A stretch of 64,000 nt of DNA from Nemertoderma westbladi (GCA_032718475.1 JAUCBJ010007751.1:9156-73155), one strand, 5' to 3'. Counted from the first letter of the stretch, positions 13,980-27,615 are shown. A program made the numbers and translations. The notes: generated by a model from the sequence alone, not told the origin.

Positions 13980-14400
13980 TATACATTATGACCCGTAATA
14001 TACTGTAGTGTAGTTTTATGACAACACGCCCCCCCCCCCAAATTTTTTCTACAAATCTTTATCATATTGTTTGAAATTTGAAACGCAACTAGTTTAACTC
14101 ACCGTGGTTGTTACCATGAATGTGGAATTTTCGATTATGCCTTTAATTTTTTTTTTGTGTATTTATGAAATAGAATAAATGGCCTGTAGCGAACGATAAT
14201 TCTTGCAATCTTTGAACGCCTATATCTCCGCTGTTTCTAAACGAAATTCAGATATTGTTACATATTTGGAATCCTTGTAACGCAAGCTTTCTATTGATGT
14301 GAAAAAAGCAAATTGGGGGGAAACTGGACGCAATAAAAATTCATCCCTCTAAAGGGGAAATTCGACGCAAATAACAGCTGATTACTCTCAAAAATAAAAC
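13980..14400. mobile_element. Dispersed non-autonomous DNA-transposon remnant (related copy at ~38980-39390, partly inverted)
   Basis: Shared CCCC...TTCTACAAATCTTTAT(C/T)ATATTG(T/C)TTGAAATTTGA block and reverse-complement GCGAACGATAATTCTTGCAATCTTTGAAC block. Confidence 0.5.
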
Positions 14401-14449
14401 GGTAACCTGTTCTATTGTGTTTAGTTTGTTGTTTTGGTTAAAATGAGGT

Positions 14450-15830
14450 TCATTGGATATTTAGGAGCCTAGGTTTTTCAGTTTTGATGGTGATACTTTC
14501 CTTAATTAGAAGGTTGTAATCAGTGGTAGCTCTACCTATAATTTTGAAATCTTTTTAAGAAATTTTGTGATCATGTACGATTGCATGATCACATGCCGTG
14601 GAATGACGAAGGCAGGCAACGGTTTTCCAGTTCGGGAAGACCTACCCAAGTGTTCTGAGTCTCTAACCACTTAAATTTATAGAGGGTGAGGGGTCTCATC
14701 TCAGCGGAAGTCTGTCCTTAAACGGGAAAATAGTAGCTAGTCTCTTCGTTTGAATATTATCTAAGTCTACTTGTGGATAAGCGTGGGATAGAATTTGGAG
14801 ACGTTGTGGGAGTTGGAAAGATAAGTTACGTAAGTATGGCAGAATTAGAAAGATGGGCTTCTTTCTAACAGTATGCACTGCAGGCCTTGGAGGTCCAGCT
14901 AGTGTAACCTAATTTTGTGAAAAATAGTCCAAAGTAGTTTACTGGGATATTAGGACCAGGAAGTCATGTAGTTTCTGTGAAACTGACACCATGTGGAGCA
15001 AATTGAGAAACTGAGGAAAATTAAGGTGGCAATATGGGCAATATTAAACTTATGAGGAATAAATCTTGCATAGTTAGTGTATAGGCCTTTGAATGTTGCT
15101 TTGCGGTATACAGACGTAAGAAAGAGTTGTTGCACCTAGAAATTGTGACATCGAGAAAGGAGATGCTATTGTCATGTTCATAATCCGCTGTAAATTCGAA
15201 ATTCCTTATGTTGATTATTCCAGTTTAGGAAAGCAGTGGGATGTTGGTGGTCTCGAAATAAAATGAAACTTTCATCTACGCACCGTCTGTAGAAAAGTGA
15301 TTTAATGTTTGTGGGACAGTTGCTAGGCCATTTCGTCTCATAGTCGCAAAGGAACGCGTTAGCGAATGTAGGTCCAAGGGGGGCTTCCCGTAGATACACC
15401 GTCAATTTGGGCCACTCGAATTGCATTCGTTGAAAACAAACTCAATATTTTTGGCAGCATAGCTTTATACTGCGTCCTCGTTAAGACATCTACGATTTTC
15501 TTACTTTTAAATATTTCTAGTAACATTACAATAGTTTCGTTCACAGGTATATTTGTAAAGAGACTTTTGACACGAAGCTAGCCATGTATACATTTTGGTT
15601 AACTTTGATATTTCTCTTTTACAAAAGAGAAGGTGTCCTTGATTGTAAACTCATTACAAGTCTGTGGGGACTGTTTTGGAAAAAGTAAATTTGCATGGTT
15701 ATATTGGGGAGTACCAATAGCTGAGAGTACAGGCCGGTGTGGCATCCCTGTTTATGTTCTATGGGGAGACCTGCATGCAAATACATAACAGTGGTGATGG
15801 TATCCACAGGTTACTTAATATCGATACTAT
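14450..15830 (-). mobile_element. Decayed Penelope-like retroelement (RT plus GIY-YIG remnant)
   Basis: Frameshifted motifs KSLFTNIPVNETI, QIDGVSTGSP/LGPTFANAFL, YRRCVDESF (YVDD-like), SVYRKATFKGLYTNY and LILPYL. Confidence 0.75.
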
Positions 15831-16009
15831 TATAATATCATAATAGGTCTTACATTACCTGTTTACTATTTCACTTTTGCTGTAGTCATTTCACCTGGGA
15901 AAAGCTTCAATGGAAGATATTTAATATTATATATAGGAATTATAGGATTGTCTTCGGGAAATGATTGTTTTATCATGATGACACGGACAAGCTTTGCCAC
16001 AACGATAAT

Positions 16010-17308
16010 ATGATTAAGTATCATTACTACTTCATTGGGGTTGTCTTTATCAGTACCATTATTTTATGTGTTTATGTGTATTTCGTTCAAACGGTCTTCA
16101 CAAAGTTTACCATTCAGCAGGTAGGAAGGTACAATCAGCTGTTACAGTCAGATGGAAACAACTGCCCAAACAATGTCGAGGTTTTCGAACTTTTGGATTC
16201 TGATGAATTTCTCCTTAAACAAATCGATAGTGATTACAGTTGTCTGAAGGAAGCTACATACTTCCCGCACAGTCTGTCTATAGGAAAATGCGTGTGTCGG
16301 CCTGGTTGGAACGGACACCAGTGCAACATACCAGACATCATACTCAGCTCTACACTGCCAACCACAATCAAGCCTATTTTACGCAAAGTTCCCCGTCGTA
16401 TTATCAATGCGTTCCCTATAAACATTGAATTCGAATTACTACAAGCGAGATTTCACGAACTTTCAGGATTAGTGGACGTCTATGTTATTCTAGAATCGAA
16501 CAATACAATGAATGGATCGGCTAAACTGTTGTTTCTACGTGACAAACTCAGAGAAGGTGTTTTCGGAAAAGAAGCCAAGAAGATATTATACGTTTGTTTG
16601 GATTATTTCCCCAAAGGTGCGGACAAAAATGGTTGGATTTCTGTTGACTTGCACCGAAATTACATCGGGGAGGCAGGATTGGCTGAACGACTACGCGGAT
16701 GGCGTCATGATGATTGGTTTATTCTAAACGACGCGGACGAGATTCCGCGTCGTGAATTAGTTATGTTTCTTCGTAGTCATGACAATATTCCCTTTCCCGT
16801 CAGCATCCGCTACCAGACGACAAGCTTTGGATTCTTTTGGGGTAACAAACGGGCTTCAGAACTACAAACTGCCGCTCCTATGGCCTATATGCGCGACATT
16901 ATAAACTATAGATGTAATGAATTGAGGGGTTTAAATAAACAAAGTTTGAAAACTGCGGCATTAACGTCCTTCAAGAAGTCATTCCCTGAACTACCTGTAT
17001 CGGCGTGGACCGCAGGAACTGGTCGCAGCTACGGCGGATGGCATTGCTCCTGGTGTTATAGAATAGAGGGAATACTATGGAAACTAGTGTCTGCACCTAA
17101 CTGTGACTACCCCCGATGGGGAGATTACCCGGAGAAGCAGGACTTGGGATATATTCGCGGTTTGGTCGCTAAGGGCATGTGGTTCACTGGGGATCAGCAG
17201 GCCTATGTGGCCAGGGATCATACGGCTACCGATTATGCACCCAAATACATTATGGAGCACAAAATAGAGTTATCCTACTTACTTTACAATCCATATACTA
17301 ACACATAA
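16010..17308 (+). CDS. Intronless glycosyltransferase family 17 protein (MGAT3/GnT-III-like beta-1,4-GlcNAc transferase), type II membrane protein
   Basis: ATG at 16010. N-terminal TM segment YYFIGVVFISTIILCVYVYFV, EGF-like CVCRPGWNGHQC, PRRIINAFPINIEFELL..RF.EL...VD..VILESN, DDWFILNDADEIP and GWHCSWC. Confidence 0.88.
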   Translation: MIKYHYYFIGVVFISTIILCVYVYFVQTVFTKFTIQQVGRYNQLLQSDGNNCPNNVEVFELLDSDEFLLKQIDSDYSCLKEATYFPHSLSIGKCVCRPGWNGHQCNIPDIILSSTLPTTIKPILRKVPRRIINAFPINIEFELLQARFHELSGLVDVYVILESNNTMNGSAKLLFLRDKLREGVFGKEAKKILYVCLDYFPKGADKNGWISVDLHRNYIGEAGLAERLRGWRHDDWFILNDADEIPRRELVMFLRSHDNIPFPVSIRYQTTSFGFFWGNKRASELQTAAPMAYMRDIINYRCNELRGLNKQSLKTAALTSFKKSFPELPVSAWTAGTGRSYGGWHCSWCYRIEGILWKLVSAPNCDYPRWGDYPEKQDLGYIRGLVAKGMWFTGDQQAYVARDHTATDYAPKYIMEHKIELSYLLYNPYTNT

Positions 17309-17414
17309 AAATTATGTTATTTTATGATTGAACACAAGGAAGTACAAACATGAATAGTTCTGGGCACTACTACAGCCCATCCATTTTTACCAACTTTGAT
17401 GAATCAATTAGTTA

Positions 17415-19000
17415 TTAAGTTTAAGTTTAATGTTTCCTCAGAACAAGCACCCAAAATACAAAAAAAAAAAAATGTTATAACAAAGGAACATGGTTTGGCT
17501 ATAGCAAAGCTAGTGTAGCCTTACCATATTCCTATAAGAGGAGGAAACGCGGAGAACAGGTGAGATACGGGTGATGCAGGCGTATGGAGTAAGATATAGC
17601 TGGGATTAAACTATTAGTTTGTTTACCTTTACTGTAGATTGTCATGATAAATTTCTAACTGAAAGAATGCTTTGGTTTTTCCCAGATCCAAATTTTGCAT
17701 AATTGCAAATGCACTGAGATATATATCTTATGAGATACTGAATACTCAAGTGATTAAGAGCGGAAAACATTATAGACAATTAACATTATTAACATTAACA
17801 TTATAATTTTTCAACCTTTGCATTATAAGAAATTTCCAGATTCAAAAATTTTCTTGCGAAAAATTTGTTAAAAAGAAAAAGATAGAAAATAGTTATTATT
17901 ATCACGACCCAGAAAGAAGATTGATTTTTACTTGTTTTTTGAAATGCACCTTATTACTGCTATCGCGGATATCTCTCGAGAGGGAATTCCAGAGAAGAGG
18001 GCCCTGCATTGAAAGGGACTGATGCCGGACTTCCGTGTGCGTACTGGGTAAATGAAAAAGACCAGCGGAGGCAGAGCGAGTATTGTATGTGTGAACAGAT
18101 GATGCTTTAGTGAATAAGTGAGAAAGAGGATGAGAAGGATTGTGGTAAATTTCATACATTAGTATGAGGACCTGGTATTTATACAGACGATCTAGTGGTA
18201 AAATGCGTAGCTGCTGATAAATAGAAAAAGATGAGGACTGATAGTGGCTGAAGGTAATACATCGGACAATTTTATTGAGTTTGGTTTTGAGGGGACGAGT
18301 AATAGATTTGAATGTATTTCCCCATACTATCAACCCGTAAAAAATATAGGGGTAGGTAGACTAACGTATAGAATAGAGTTCGCATTATATGAGCTGGGAC
18401 AATATGGCGTAGTTTATAGAATAATCCTCCACTCTTGGATATTTTTTTCAAGATATGGCTGATGTGTTCCCTATATGATAAATTGGAATCTATTAATATA
18501 CCTAGATATTTAGATGTTGTTGTGGATCTAATTGTTTTGTTATTAATGATTATAGGTGGTGGCGGTATTTCTGACTTTGATTTTGAGAATATTGTATATT
18601 CAGTCTTGTCAGTATTTAGAGTTAGTTTGTTTTCAGTTAGCCATTCGGATAACAGTTTGAGTTCAGAATTCATATAGTCGATTAGTGGAGAGATATTTCG
18701 ATTGTTGCACATCAGTGAAGTGTCATCGGCAAATAAGGTTACTAATAGGGATGTGCAGTTTGGGAGGTCATTGATGTACAGTAGAAATAAAATCGGCCCG
18801 AGGACCGAACCCTGCGGGATACCACAGATTATAGACCTAGAAGATGATAAAACATTATCTACTGAAACGAATTGATGTCTATTACATAGATAACTAGAAA
18901 TGAGTGCTAGAGGACTTCCGCGGATACCATATATTGGGAGCTTCTTTAATAGAATCGAATGGTCGAGGGTATCAAACGCCTTTTTTAGGTCTAGATACAG
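17415..19000 (-). mobile_element. 5'-truncated CR1/L2-group LINE (RT, one frameshift, 3' UTR)
   Basis: YLDLKKAFDTLDH, GIPQGSVLGPILFLLYINDL, LFADDT, KYLGILID; minus-strand tail ATTAAACTTAAACTT. Confidence 0.85.
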
Positions 19001-19104
19001 TACAGTATTTTTCTCTGATAATTTGAAAAATGTAAAATTTTCCCTTATGGTTACACATAATAACGAAAATATGATAGCCCAATCCATAGCGAATAAATCT
19101 TCTA

Positions 19105-19210
19105 CCGTCCTGGTAGCTCAGAGGTCTTAGGACACACACTCGGCTGATGATAACCGGAAGTTTGAAACCTAGGTACCGTGTTCGAGCCCCAATAGGGGCC
19201 GTTAATATTT
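19105..19210 (+). mobile_element. tRNA-derived SINE head
   Basis: A-box TAGCTCAGAGG and B-box GTTCGAGCC, with no clean cloverleaf. Confidence 0.5.
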
Positions 19211-20880
19211 TTCGCTTGTACTATAACATAAATATTTATAATAACGAAAACTAACGAAATATGACGAAATTTATGGGAAAGAAATCAATGGGAAAGGTGG
19301 TGTGAAGTAGTAAGTAGGCTTAGCCTAGTTCATTAGTTCCCTATTGGAATAATGACCCTGAACCAATGGCTAGTCTTTATTTTGATTAACAGTGCTTATA
19401 ACTCAATTAATCTTAATTAAATATGGATTAGAATTTGCAGGGTTAGAATTTAAAAAATTGTTATATTCCTCCCTCATACATAAACTGATGATTTCTTATT
19501 TCGCTATTATTCTTGCAAGTTAGTTAGTATTACCACCAATATTCCTATAACATTTATTCTACCCTCACATTTTCATTAGAATATCTTTTAAATAAAAAAT
19601 AAATGAACAGGTTACTGTAGCAGGCTATTCTTCTAACCAAAACAACAAAGGATAATGAATGTGCAGGTTTCACATGTCACTTGGGTAGATTTGGTCAGTA
19701 TAAAAGTATCCAACTAAAGAGATACACATACTTTGGCAATAACAGTTTGTCAGTTTGCTCTCTTTGAGAGGTAATGCAAATGTATTTTTGGTAAATATTC
19801 CTAAATTCCAAAGTTGCGAACATTCAAGATTTACGCATATGTATCCAAATACATATATTTCATTGGATATACATGTTTGTCCGTTTCCAACCTAAAGACT
19901 CACTTTTACGTCTCCAGCGGCGATATTCAAAAATAGAGATCAAATACAATATGCATCACTACTGTAAATAAAATTAATTACACAACACAATAAACTGACC
20001 TAGAATGGGGTAAGGTAAAATAAGTAAAATTATTCGCATTATGGGAATAAACTGAAAATAGGTGCATATAGTCAAGCATGCACTAACTATTAATTATTGA
20101 CAATCTTGGGTAGATCACTAAAATATAGTTATAGACACAATCATTAATTAAAATCTAAATAAAATTCTTTAAAATTAAATTATCAATTTAAAAATTAGCG
20201 GCACTTTAACATCGGTAATTGTCACATTTGGATGATATAAAGTTACACAAGATATTTATTGAAAAGTTAAGGAATTCTAGTAAGACTTCCCTTCTATTAT
20301 CAGAGTTACCTACGTCGCGGTTGTGATATCACAAATTAATTATCTTACAAACTATATAACTTGTAAAGCCATACTTCGATGATTAAAATGTTCTAAATAA
20401 AAATTTGCTAAATCAATGGTATATGTTTATAGAAAAGCTTGCCAGTTGCCAGCCAGATAGGTATGTACTGGTAATGTGTGCCAACGACACGGTGGGATAG
20501 ACAGACAACAATATCGCTAAACTCCCGAGCTGAACTGTATCTTACTGACTTCATGGCTCGCCCCTCACTTTTTCGTAATTTACAGAACAAGTTGGTTTAC
20601 AAAGATACATTGGTAGCACTATACTGAAATGTCAATAATTGAAGAATGAATCAGACCTGACTCTGACAGTCATTAAAGGCCTAAGTCCTGAAGTGTGAAT
20701 GAATATGATAATAGGGTTAAAAAACAGATACAAATCGACAGATTCAATTCCGAGAAGTAGTACACAAGCAGTCATACATTTAATAGTTCTAATAAATGTT
20801 TCAGACACCGGGATTATTATGAATTAGCGAAAAAACATCATTCTGCATTCGATCATATAAATTTAACATATGCAGTGAAT

Positions 20881-21178
20881 TCATTTGTTTTTCGATATAA
20901 ATCGATGACTTAGATAGGCCCAGGTTTCATCATCCAGACTATCGTTATGGGTGACCCAGGCGTGTTTAACAATATTAGTGGTCCCGGATCCCCAATAGAG
21001 TGACTTGTTGCAGACCAGACATCGAACTCGGCGTGAATCCTCGGCCATCAGCGTGTAATACTTCCAGACCAGGTTGGTAGCCTTCAGCGGTATAGTTTGG
21101 CCGCTAGCACGAATGCCGTCCAACACAGATATCACTCGGTGTTCTGAGACAACCCCAATTGGCCTTGTACGCACCGTA
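20881..21178 (-). CDS. Alternative terminal exon V3: BED zinc finger
   Basis: TNLVWKYYTL...VRCLVCNKSLYWGSGTTNIVKHAWVTH. Acceptor ctcgttttcgtattgttttag| at 21178 is phase 2. Confidence 0.85.
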
Positions 21179-21784
21179 CTAAAACAATACGAAAACGAGA
21201 CTCCTTAACTTAGATATCCTCTGTAACGCCACTCGATTCACATCCCTTATATTCAATTGTTTCTAGCCCAACAATTTTTCGAGCACCAACCCTTTGTACC
21301 CCTGTGACTTATGCTTTATAAGTATAATAAAATAATATTTAATTATAGACACTTCACAAATAAAGGACCAGTATATTTTACTAATAGATGTAACTGCAAT
21401 AATCGATATAACACGACTGTGAACATACATTTAATACTGCACAAAATAAAAATAACTAACACTAATACAGTTAATAAATATAGAACCAATTAAATAAATA
21501 TGTATAACTATAATATAGAATGCATTACAATCAAACAATTAATACTACAAGACTTAATTACTTAATATTACTAAATTTATTAATTCTATTTAGGATATTT
21601 ATAGTTAGTCTACCTACCGATGGCACTTAATACAGTCAGTATGGTGTCATTATAAAATTAAGTGCAATTTTTTCATATGTTAAAGTTGTGACGATCGGAT
21701 ATATCGGACTTATTTTCTCACAACAGAGTTTCATAATAATTCAGTTTTATAAAATTAATTAGTTTAGTAATTAGTTATTAGTTA

Positions 21785-22185
21785 CGAGGGTGTCTGGACC
21801 GCAAGGGCCGGGTGGTAGGGGGAGTGCGAGCAGACCTGGTCGCTCGGGGAGTCTGGGCCAATCAACGGGTGGCGTCGTTTGATATATCGTTAATAAACGC
21901 TGACGCCACCTCGTATGCCCAGGCAAACCGTTCGACTGAGTCACTGTTCGACTGGAGCGGTGCAGGCTCAAGAAGCGCCACTACCGCACCGTCTGCGAGG
22001 ACAGGAGGATGTCATGCGCGAAAGGGGCCTCGCATGTGTCCTGGGGGGTGTTCGCCGGAGGCTGCAGTTTGCGCTCCTCGGGTCCAGCTCCCTCTGCTTC
22101 CGTGGCGGACGGCGGTCTTGGCGAGGGTTAGGGTTCGGGGATGGGGCGGGGATCCGTGAGATGGGTTTGGCGGGGAATTATTGAA
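21785..22185 (+). mobile_element. Fragment of the C-terminal restriction-like endonuclease region of a non-LTR retroelement (CRE-like)
   Basis: GC-rich island translating to RADLVARGVWANQRVASFDISLINADATSY; frameshifted. Confidence 0.55.
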
Positions 22186-22280
22186 TTCGGGGCGTTATAC
22201 TTGTACATATCCACATATAATTAAATATAATTAATAAAAAATATAATTATTGGTGCTGGTATATTATCTATATGGCATAT

Positions 22281-22560
22281 CAAATTATTTGTATTTAATT
22301 TAAAATTAATTATTTGTATTTAATTTTAAATTAATTATTTGTATTTAATTTTAAATTAATTATTTGTATTTAATTTTAAATTAATTATTTGTATTTAATT
22401 TTAAATTAATTATTTGTATTTAATTTTAAATTAATTATTTGTATTTAATTTTAAATTAATTATTTGTATTTAATTTTAAATTAATTATTTGTATTTAATT
22501 TTAAATTAATTATTTGTATTTAATTTTAAATTAATTATTTGTATTTAATTTTAAATTAAA
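22281..22560. repeat. 25-bp AT-rich tandem repeat (TTAATTATTTGTATTTAATTTTAAA), ~11 copies
   Basis: Unit read directly. Confidence 0.95.
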
Positions 22561-22868
22561 AAATTAGTGGATTTAAATAAAGTTTAATAAACATTTGGGT
22601 TATATGTACCGCCGCTGTATTAGTTTCGTAATATTATAATTTTTGGAAACAAACTACATACATACACAACATACATTTTTTTAAAAGCGTTCTAAACCTC
22701 GTATAATAATTTCACTCACTCATTACGTTCTCCACGTATACGAAACCACTCGACTCGAATCAGTAAAGCGCTACTTTACACGTAGGTATGTAAACAGTTT
22801 TTACTCGAATTGATAATACACTGTTGCAAATATTAGCTCCCATGTTATCTGTAACCAGACATCAGTAA

Positions 22869-23088
22869 CTAAAAGTTTGACTTCTTAATGAATACTGAGT
22901 GCTGCGACTTTAGGTGTTTAACCAGATGGGAAGTGTGGCCATTCAACACTTTCTGACAGAGAAGACAACGTGCCGGCCCATCAGCTGTACCCCGAGGTGC
23001 ATCCAACAGCGTGAAGTACATCCAGGCGCCACTTCGCGCGCGCGTAGGAACCACATGATGGCTGCCATTCCCAGCAATCGCGTCGTAA
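22869..23088 (-). CDS. Alternative terminal exon V2: BED zinc finger
   Basis: RSGAWMYFTL...ARCLLCQKVLNGHTSHLVKHLKSQH. Acceptor ttgtttccgtttctatag| at 23088 is phase 2. Confidence 0.85.
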
Positions 23089-23549
23089 CTATAGAAACGG
23101 AAACAATATGATGGATATCATCGGGGATTCGAACCAATTAGCACCAATACTTAGTGGATATACCAGCAGCTGTACAACCGCCGCCATAGCGGTACTAGCA
23201 TCGATCATATGCGCGAAGCCCTCACCAAATGGCCACACAAGCATCACCCTGCAGACACAACATCTTCGTTTCGATGGGCAATATAGCGCAGCCCGTGAAT
23301 CAGTAAAAATCAGGTAAATAGCAAATCATAAAAACCATATGTGGCTTCTCAGAGACACAAAGTCTGGAGAATGGCTAATTGTATGTCTAAGTAGCAGGAT
23401 ATCGTTTCTACGAATTACCGGTGTTGAGTCTTAAACGCGAATATATATACGTAAATATCCCTTACTGCATAATAGAGTTTCATTTCGCAGCACAATGCCC
23501 CCATAAAATATTGATTAACTCCCCAAATAACATCCAATCATAACCACCA

Positions 23550-23856
23550 TCAATCATTCGATACAGACTTCAATCCGCAATAATGAACACTATTCTTCGG
23601 GCGCGCGGCCTCTATTGTTATAGAGTGCCGATATCTCAGATGGGCAGTAAGGTTGGAGGTGTGGCGACCATAGGCTATGTATTTATTGCACATCAGACAG
23701 ACAACACGTTCGCTTTGGTCTGGCGACGTGAGCGTAAAATAATTCCATACCGAACTGACGGCCCTCGGTGGTACTAAATGTGGGGTTGATGATTGGTTCC
23801 CGGTAAACATCGCATCCGCATTGTCATGGTTACTACGAATCGGCGTCACAAGGCAT
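23550..23856 (-). CDS. Alternative terminal exon V1: BED zinc finger
   Basis: SSVWNYFTL...VVCLMCNKYIAYGRHTSNLTAHLRYRH. Acceptor cccaattcctccctgtag| at 23856 is phase 2. Confidence 0.85.
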
Positions 23857-26800
23857 CTACAGGGAGGAATTGGGAAGCATGCAGCGCATCACTAAGGCCC
23901 GCATCGACATAAAAATTAATAAATATATACCGGTAGTAAATCGAGAAGTTATATTTCGTCATGTGGCAATAAAAAGGCTCCATCTCAAATTTTAAGATTT
24001 CAAAAATTAAGTTATTCATATTCATTTCATATAAAATTCTGCATCAGATGATATAATTTTTGATAGTGGGTTCGGGTTGTTATTCAAATTATCCCATTTA
24101 AATCATTTGATTTAAATGAAATGTAGAAAATTCAATAAAACTGTAAATTAGAATATTGACGAATTCCAAGATAGCTCCTTATTAACGAATTCATTAAAAA
24201 GGCTCTATCTTAGAACTTATATATAGTATCCTAAGATAGCCCCTTTCCAATGAATTTATTAGAAGTATGCTATCTCTCTCTATACAGTTTCTGAGATAGC
24301 TCATTTTTAATGAATTCTTTAGAAAGGCGCTATCTTAGTTATTCTTATACAGTTTTAGAGATAGCGCCTTTTTAATGAAATTCATTAGAAAGGCGCTATC
24401 TTAGAAATGTGTTGACCAATTACATAAGTTCAATTTCCACAGTTTGTAAAGAAACTGAGATAGCGTCTATTTATTACCACATGACGATATGTCGGTTAAT
24501 TTATATATATGTCGGGTTTGTTAGTTTGTGTGTCAATTTATTCTACAGCTAGGCGAGAGTTAATAGTGCAATGCCAGAAAAATATTACATTATATATTAT
24601 ATTATACCATGCAACAATGCATTGGGGCAGTGGGTACCTCGCAAACTTTCAAACTATAAATCAACTAAGTACTCCCTAAATTTACAACTCAGCAATAATA
24701 TCACGGGAGATAGAGTAAATGTTAATACAGGACAGAACTTACTAATGGGGCTGGGGTGGGGTGGGGCGGGGTGGGGTGGGGTGGGGTGGGGTGGGGTGGG
24801 GTGGGGGTGGGGGGGGTAGTCCTTGATGCAAGTAAAATTAAACAGATAACAGGTTGAAAATCGAGGTTGCCTCATTAACAATTCCAATCATTGCCATTGC
24901 CGAAATAATTAGAAATAATAAACATAATAGGTGAAAAGGTACCCGGACAAATCGTTCCAGGACAAATAGTGCTAGGAAAAGACGTCCACTCACAAAACTA
25001 GTATATAGGTACATCAACACCATCATTTCTTAGGTACCCTGTATGTATACGGGATCATTTATCAGGATACATTTTGCCATGCTTCAAAAATATAATATAT
25101 TAGGTGGATACAAGGATATATACAAAGTTAATGAGAGGGCACTTAAAACAACCTTGGTCAGAGTCAGAGCGAGTGATTGCCGCACACAATAAACAAACAT
25201 AGAAGCATAACATAGAAGGGGGATTATACATTATAACAGCGCGCCGTGTTGTTTCCGTAGCAACTACACATCGCGCTGTTATTATAATATACATGCCGAA
25301 CCGCCCACCTTAATAACCAATTAACCAATAAAACTAACCAAACAATTAACCAATATTTCTTTTTTCTTTAGAATAAACATAATATTATATTAATTCTGTT
25401 ATTGACATAACATTAAAACATAAAACACAACGTTTCGTTCTACACACTGTACAGCAGCATCAGGGCACAAATACACAACTCAGAACCGAATAATACAGGT
25501 ATAATACAACACAGTACTAACAGTAAAAAAAACAACAGGTAGGCCAAACCAAATCATGTGGGGCGAGCCACGAATCCGATGGAGCCAGTAGCGAAGGGCG
25601 ACTAGACTATTTAAATAAGAACAATGTGTATAATTTTTCTTGCTTATTATGTGTTGGATTGTAATGTTGGATACATAAATTTCTTTAACATAATATTATT
25701 GATTTGCATTGCTAGTCATTGTTCCAGGCTCAGAAATATACAGGCTCAGAAACTCGAGCTAGATAGATTTATTTATACATTATGTAAAAACAATAACAAA
25801 TACACCAAACAATGTACCGGTATAAAGGTATTGTCCAACATAAAATATAGGATTACCCCTAAAGCTTTGCAGCTTATTTCCAAGGGGGTCCTTGAGCGTC
25901 AAGAGCGTCAAGGGTGAGATCAGTTCATTCAATACAAGGTTTGTATTTTTATGATTTTTCGTTCTCACGGACCGCACGATTTCAATCCAAATTATATAAT
26001 ACGTCATTGAGGAACAATGTTGGTTGGTTTAAATAAATGTTGGTAAGGTGAGGAATACCGGATCCGAGTTATTAAATCCTGCATCATTAGGTCTGTGGTG
26101 TGATATCATAGTGTCGTTGAGAGAAAGGAGCAGATTACTGTGCTATGTCATTCTAACCAAAACAATTTAAAACTACTGTATTTACGCATGAACTAACGAC
26201 ACAGGACCTAATGTCGCAGGACCCTAATGGCGAAAGTCCTAAATACGCAGGAAAGAACGACCAAATAAGGGCCTAACGGTACAGGACCTCATACGACCAA
26301 ATAAGGGCCTAACGAAACGATCACAAGAACAGGACCTATTTTTGAAAATTATTATTATTTGAAAATTTAATAAAATTATATTACAAAATAAAATAAAATT
26401 ACAAAAATTCATTTTTGTAAAGTTTTACAACTAAAATATTTTACTCTTGTTCTTCTTATATCAACTTTCTTCTCAGACGGCCGATTTTAATATTTTCTAT
26501 GACTAAATTACAATATACCTTTTAAATTTTTTTAAACTCAATTCTCATTAAACTTGTGTGAAAATTTCCGAAATTGCATAGCTGCAATTTGGTCTATTGG
26601 AATTACAATACCTGGTCATGTGTATGTTTTAGAATTGTTATATTTATATAAGAATATATTTTTTTTGTTTTGTAGTTTACTAAATAAAACAGTTTTTTGG
26701 ATTTTTTTTATGCAAAATATAAACATCACCACACCCTCTCATCTGCCGATACAGGTATCCGTAATTCTGTAATATCCCACTAAAATAAATATAAGTATAA

Positions 26801-27057
26801 CTAATCATAGAGTGAACTGCATATACCTTATATCCTTCTTACATACTTTAAGTCCTTAAAAAATATACGTAAACAACAAAAAATATAGATAACAAAACAC
26901 AAAAAACTATTTTGTTTTGTAGTTTTTGAACAAAAAATGACGTTTTTTTTTTCAAGCCCTGTCATATTCAAGGTACCTTATGAGTCTTCCGAGGTAGTTA
27001 AGTTTGCTCGAATGGTTGATAGTGAGACAAAGTAATCTATACCTATAAAAATCAAAT

Positions 27058-27090
<33 letters not shown>

Positions 27091-27399
27091 GTGTTCGAAC
27101 TCCTCCAAAACAGGCAGAGGGATTGCGCTGGAACTTGGCATGTGTGTAACATTAACCAGCGGTCGTTATAGGTCACTTTTCGAAAAGTTTAATTCACGTT
27201 CGGTACCGGTACTGGGTACCGGTACGTCAGTAGGCCTATACCGGTACCAGTACGCCAGTAGGCCTATGCCGGTAGCAGGAAATACCGGGTAACATGCCTC
27301 GGGTATTGCCTGCTAGTACCCCAATAAAGCCACAACAGTCGGCCAAAGCTGGAGGTAACCGGAAGGATCCTCTTTCAATAGCTGCTACTTACTATAATC

Positions 27400-27615
27400 G
27401 GCCCTGCTGCATTGAAACTGCACATTGAGATGCTATGCCGGCTTAACAAAAAACATTTTGCCACCACCATGCAATCCACAATTGGCAAACCCAATGCAAC
27501 GTGCATTAAGAATGATAGGCCTGCTTCTCAACAAATTTGCACCACCTGAGGGCTACTCCTTATCACCCATGACTTTCGCAAGATTATCCGCACCTTCATG
27601 GCCAGTGTCCTTTAC
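27400..27615 (-). mobile_element. Old, diverged 3' end of the RTE-family LINE
   Basis: Resembles 42140-42270 (TATCACCCATGAC...GGCCAGTGTCCTTTA); translates KDTGHEGADNLAKVMGDKE versus KDTGLKDADDLANVMGDRE. Confidence 0.6.

Noticed and set aside
19105-19210. tRNA gene
   Set aside because: A and B boxes are present but there is no proper acceptor stem or cloverleaf; treated as a SINE head.
20408-20624. Possible extra variable exon (acceptor gacatttcag)
   Set aside because: The phase-2 frame stops after ~23 codons, has no DNA-binding motif and overlaps a repeat-like GGGGCGAGCCA.
23089-23248. Alternative acceptor tgtgtctgcag at 23248 for exon V2
   Set aside because: In phase 2 it runs into a TAG before the BED finger; the acceptor at 23088 is the in-frame one.
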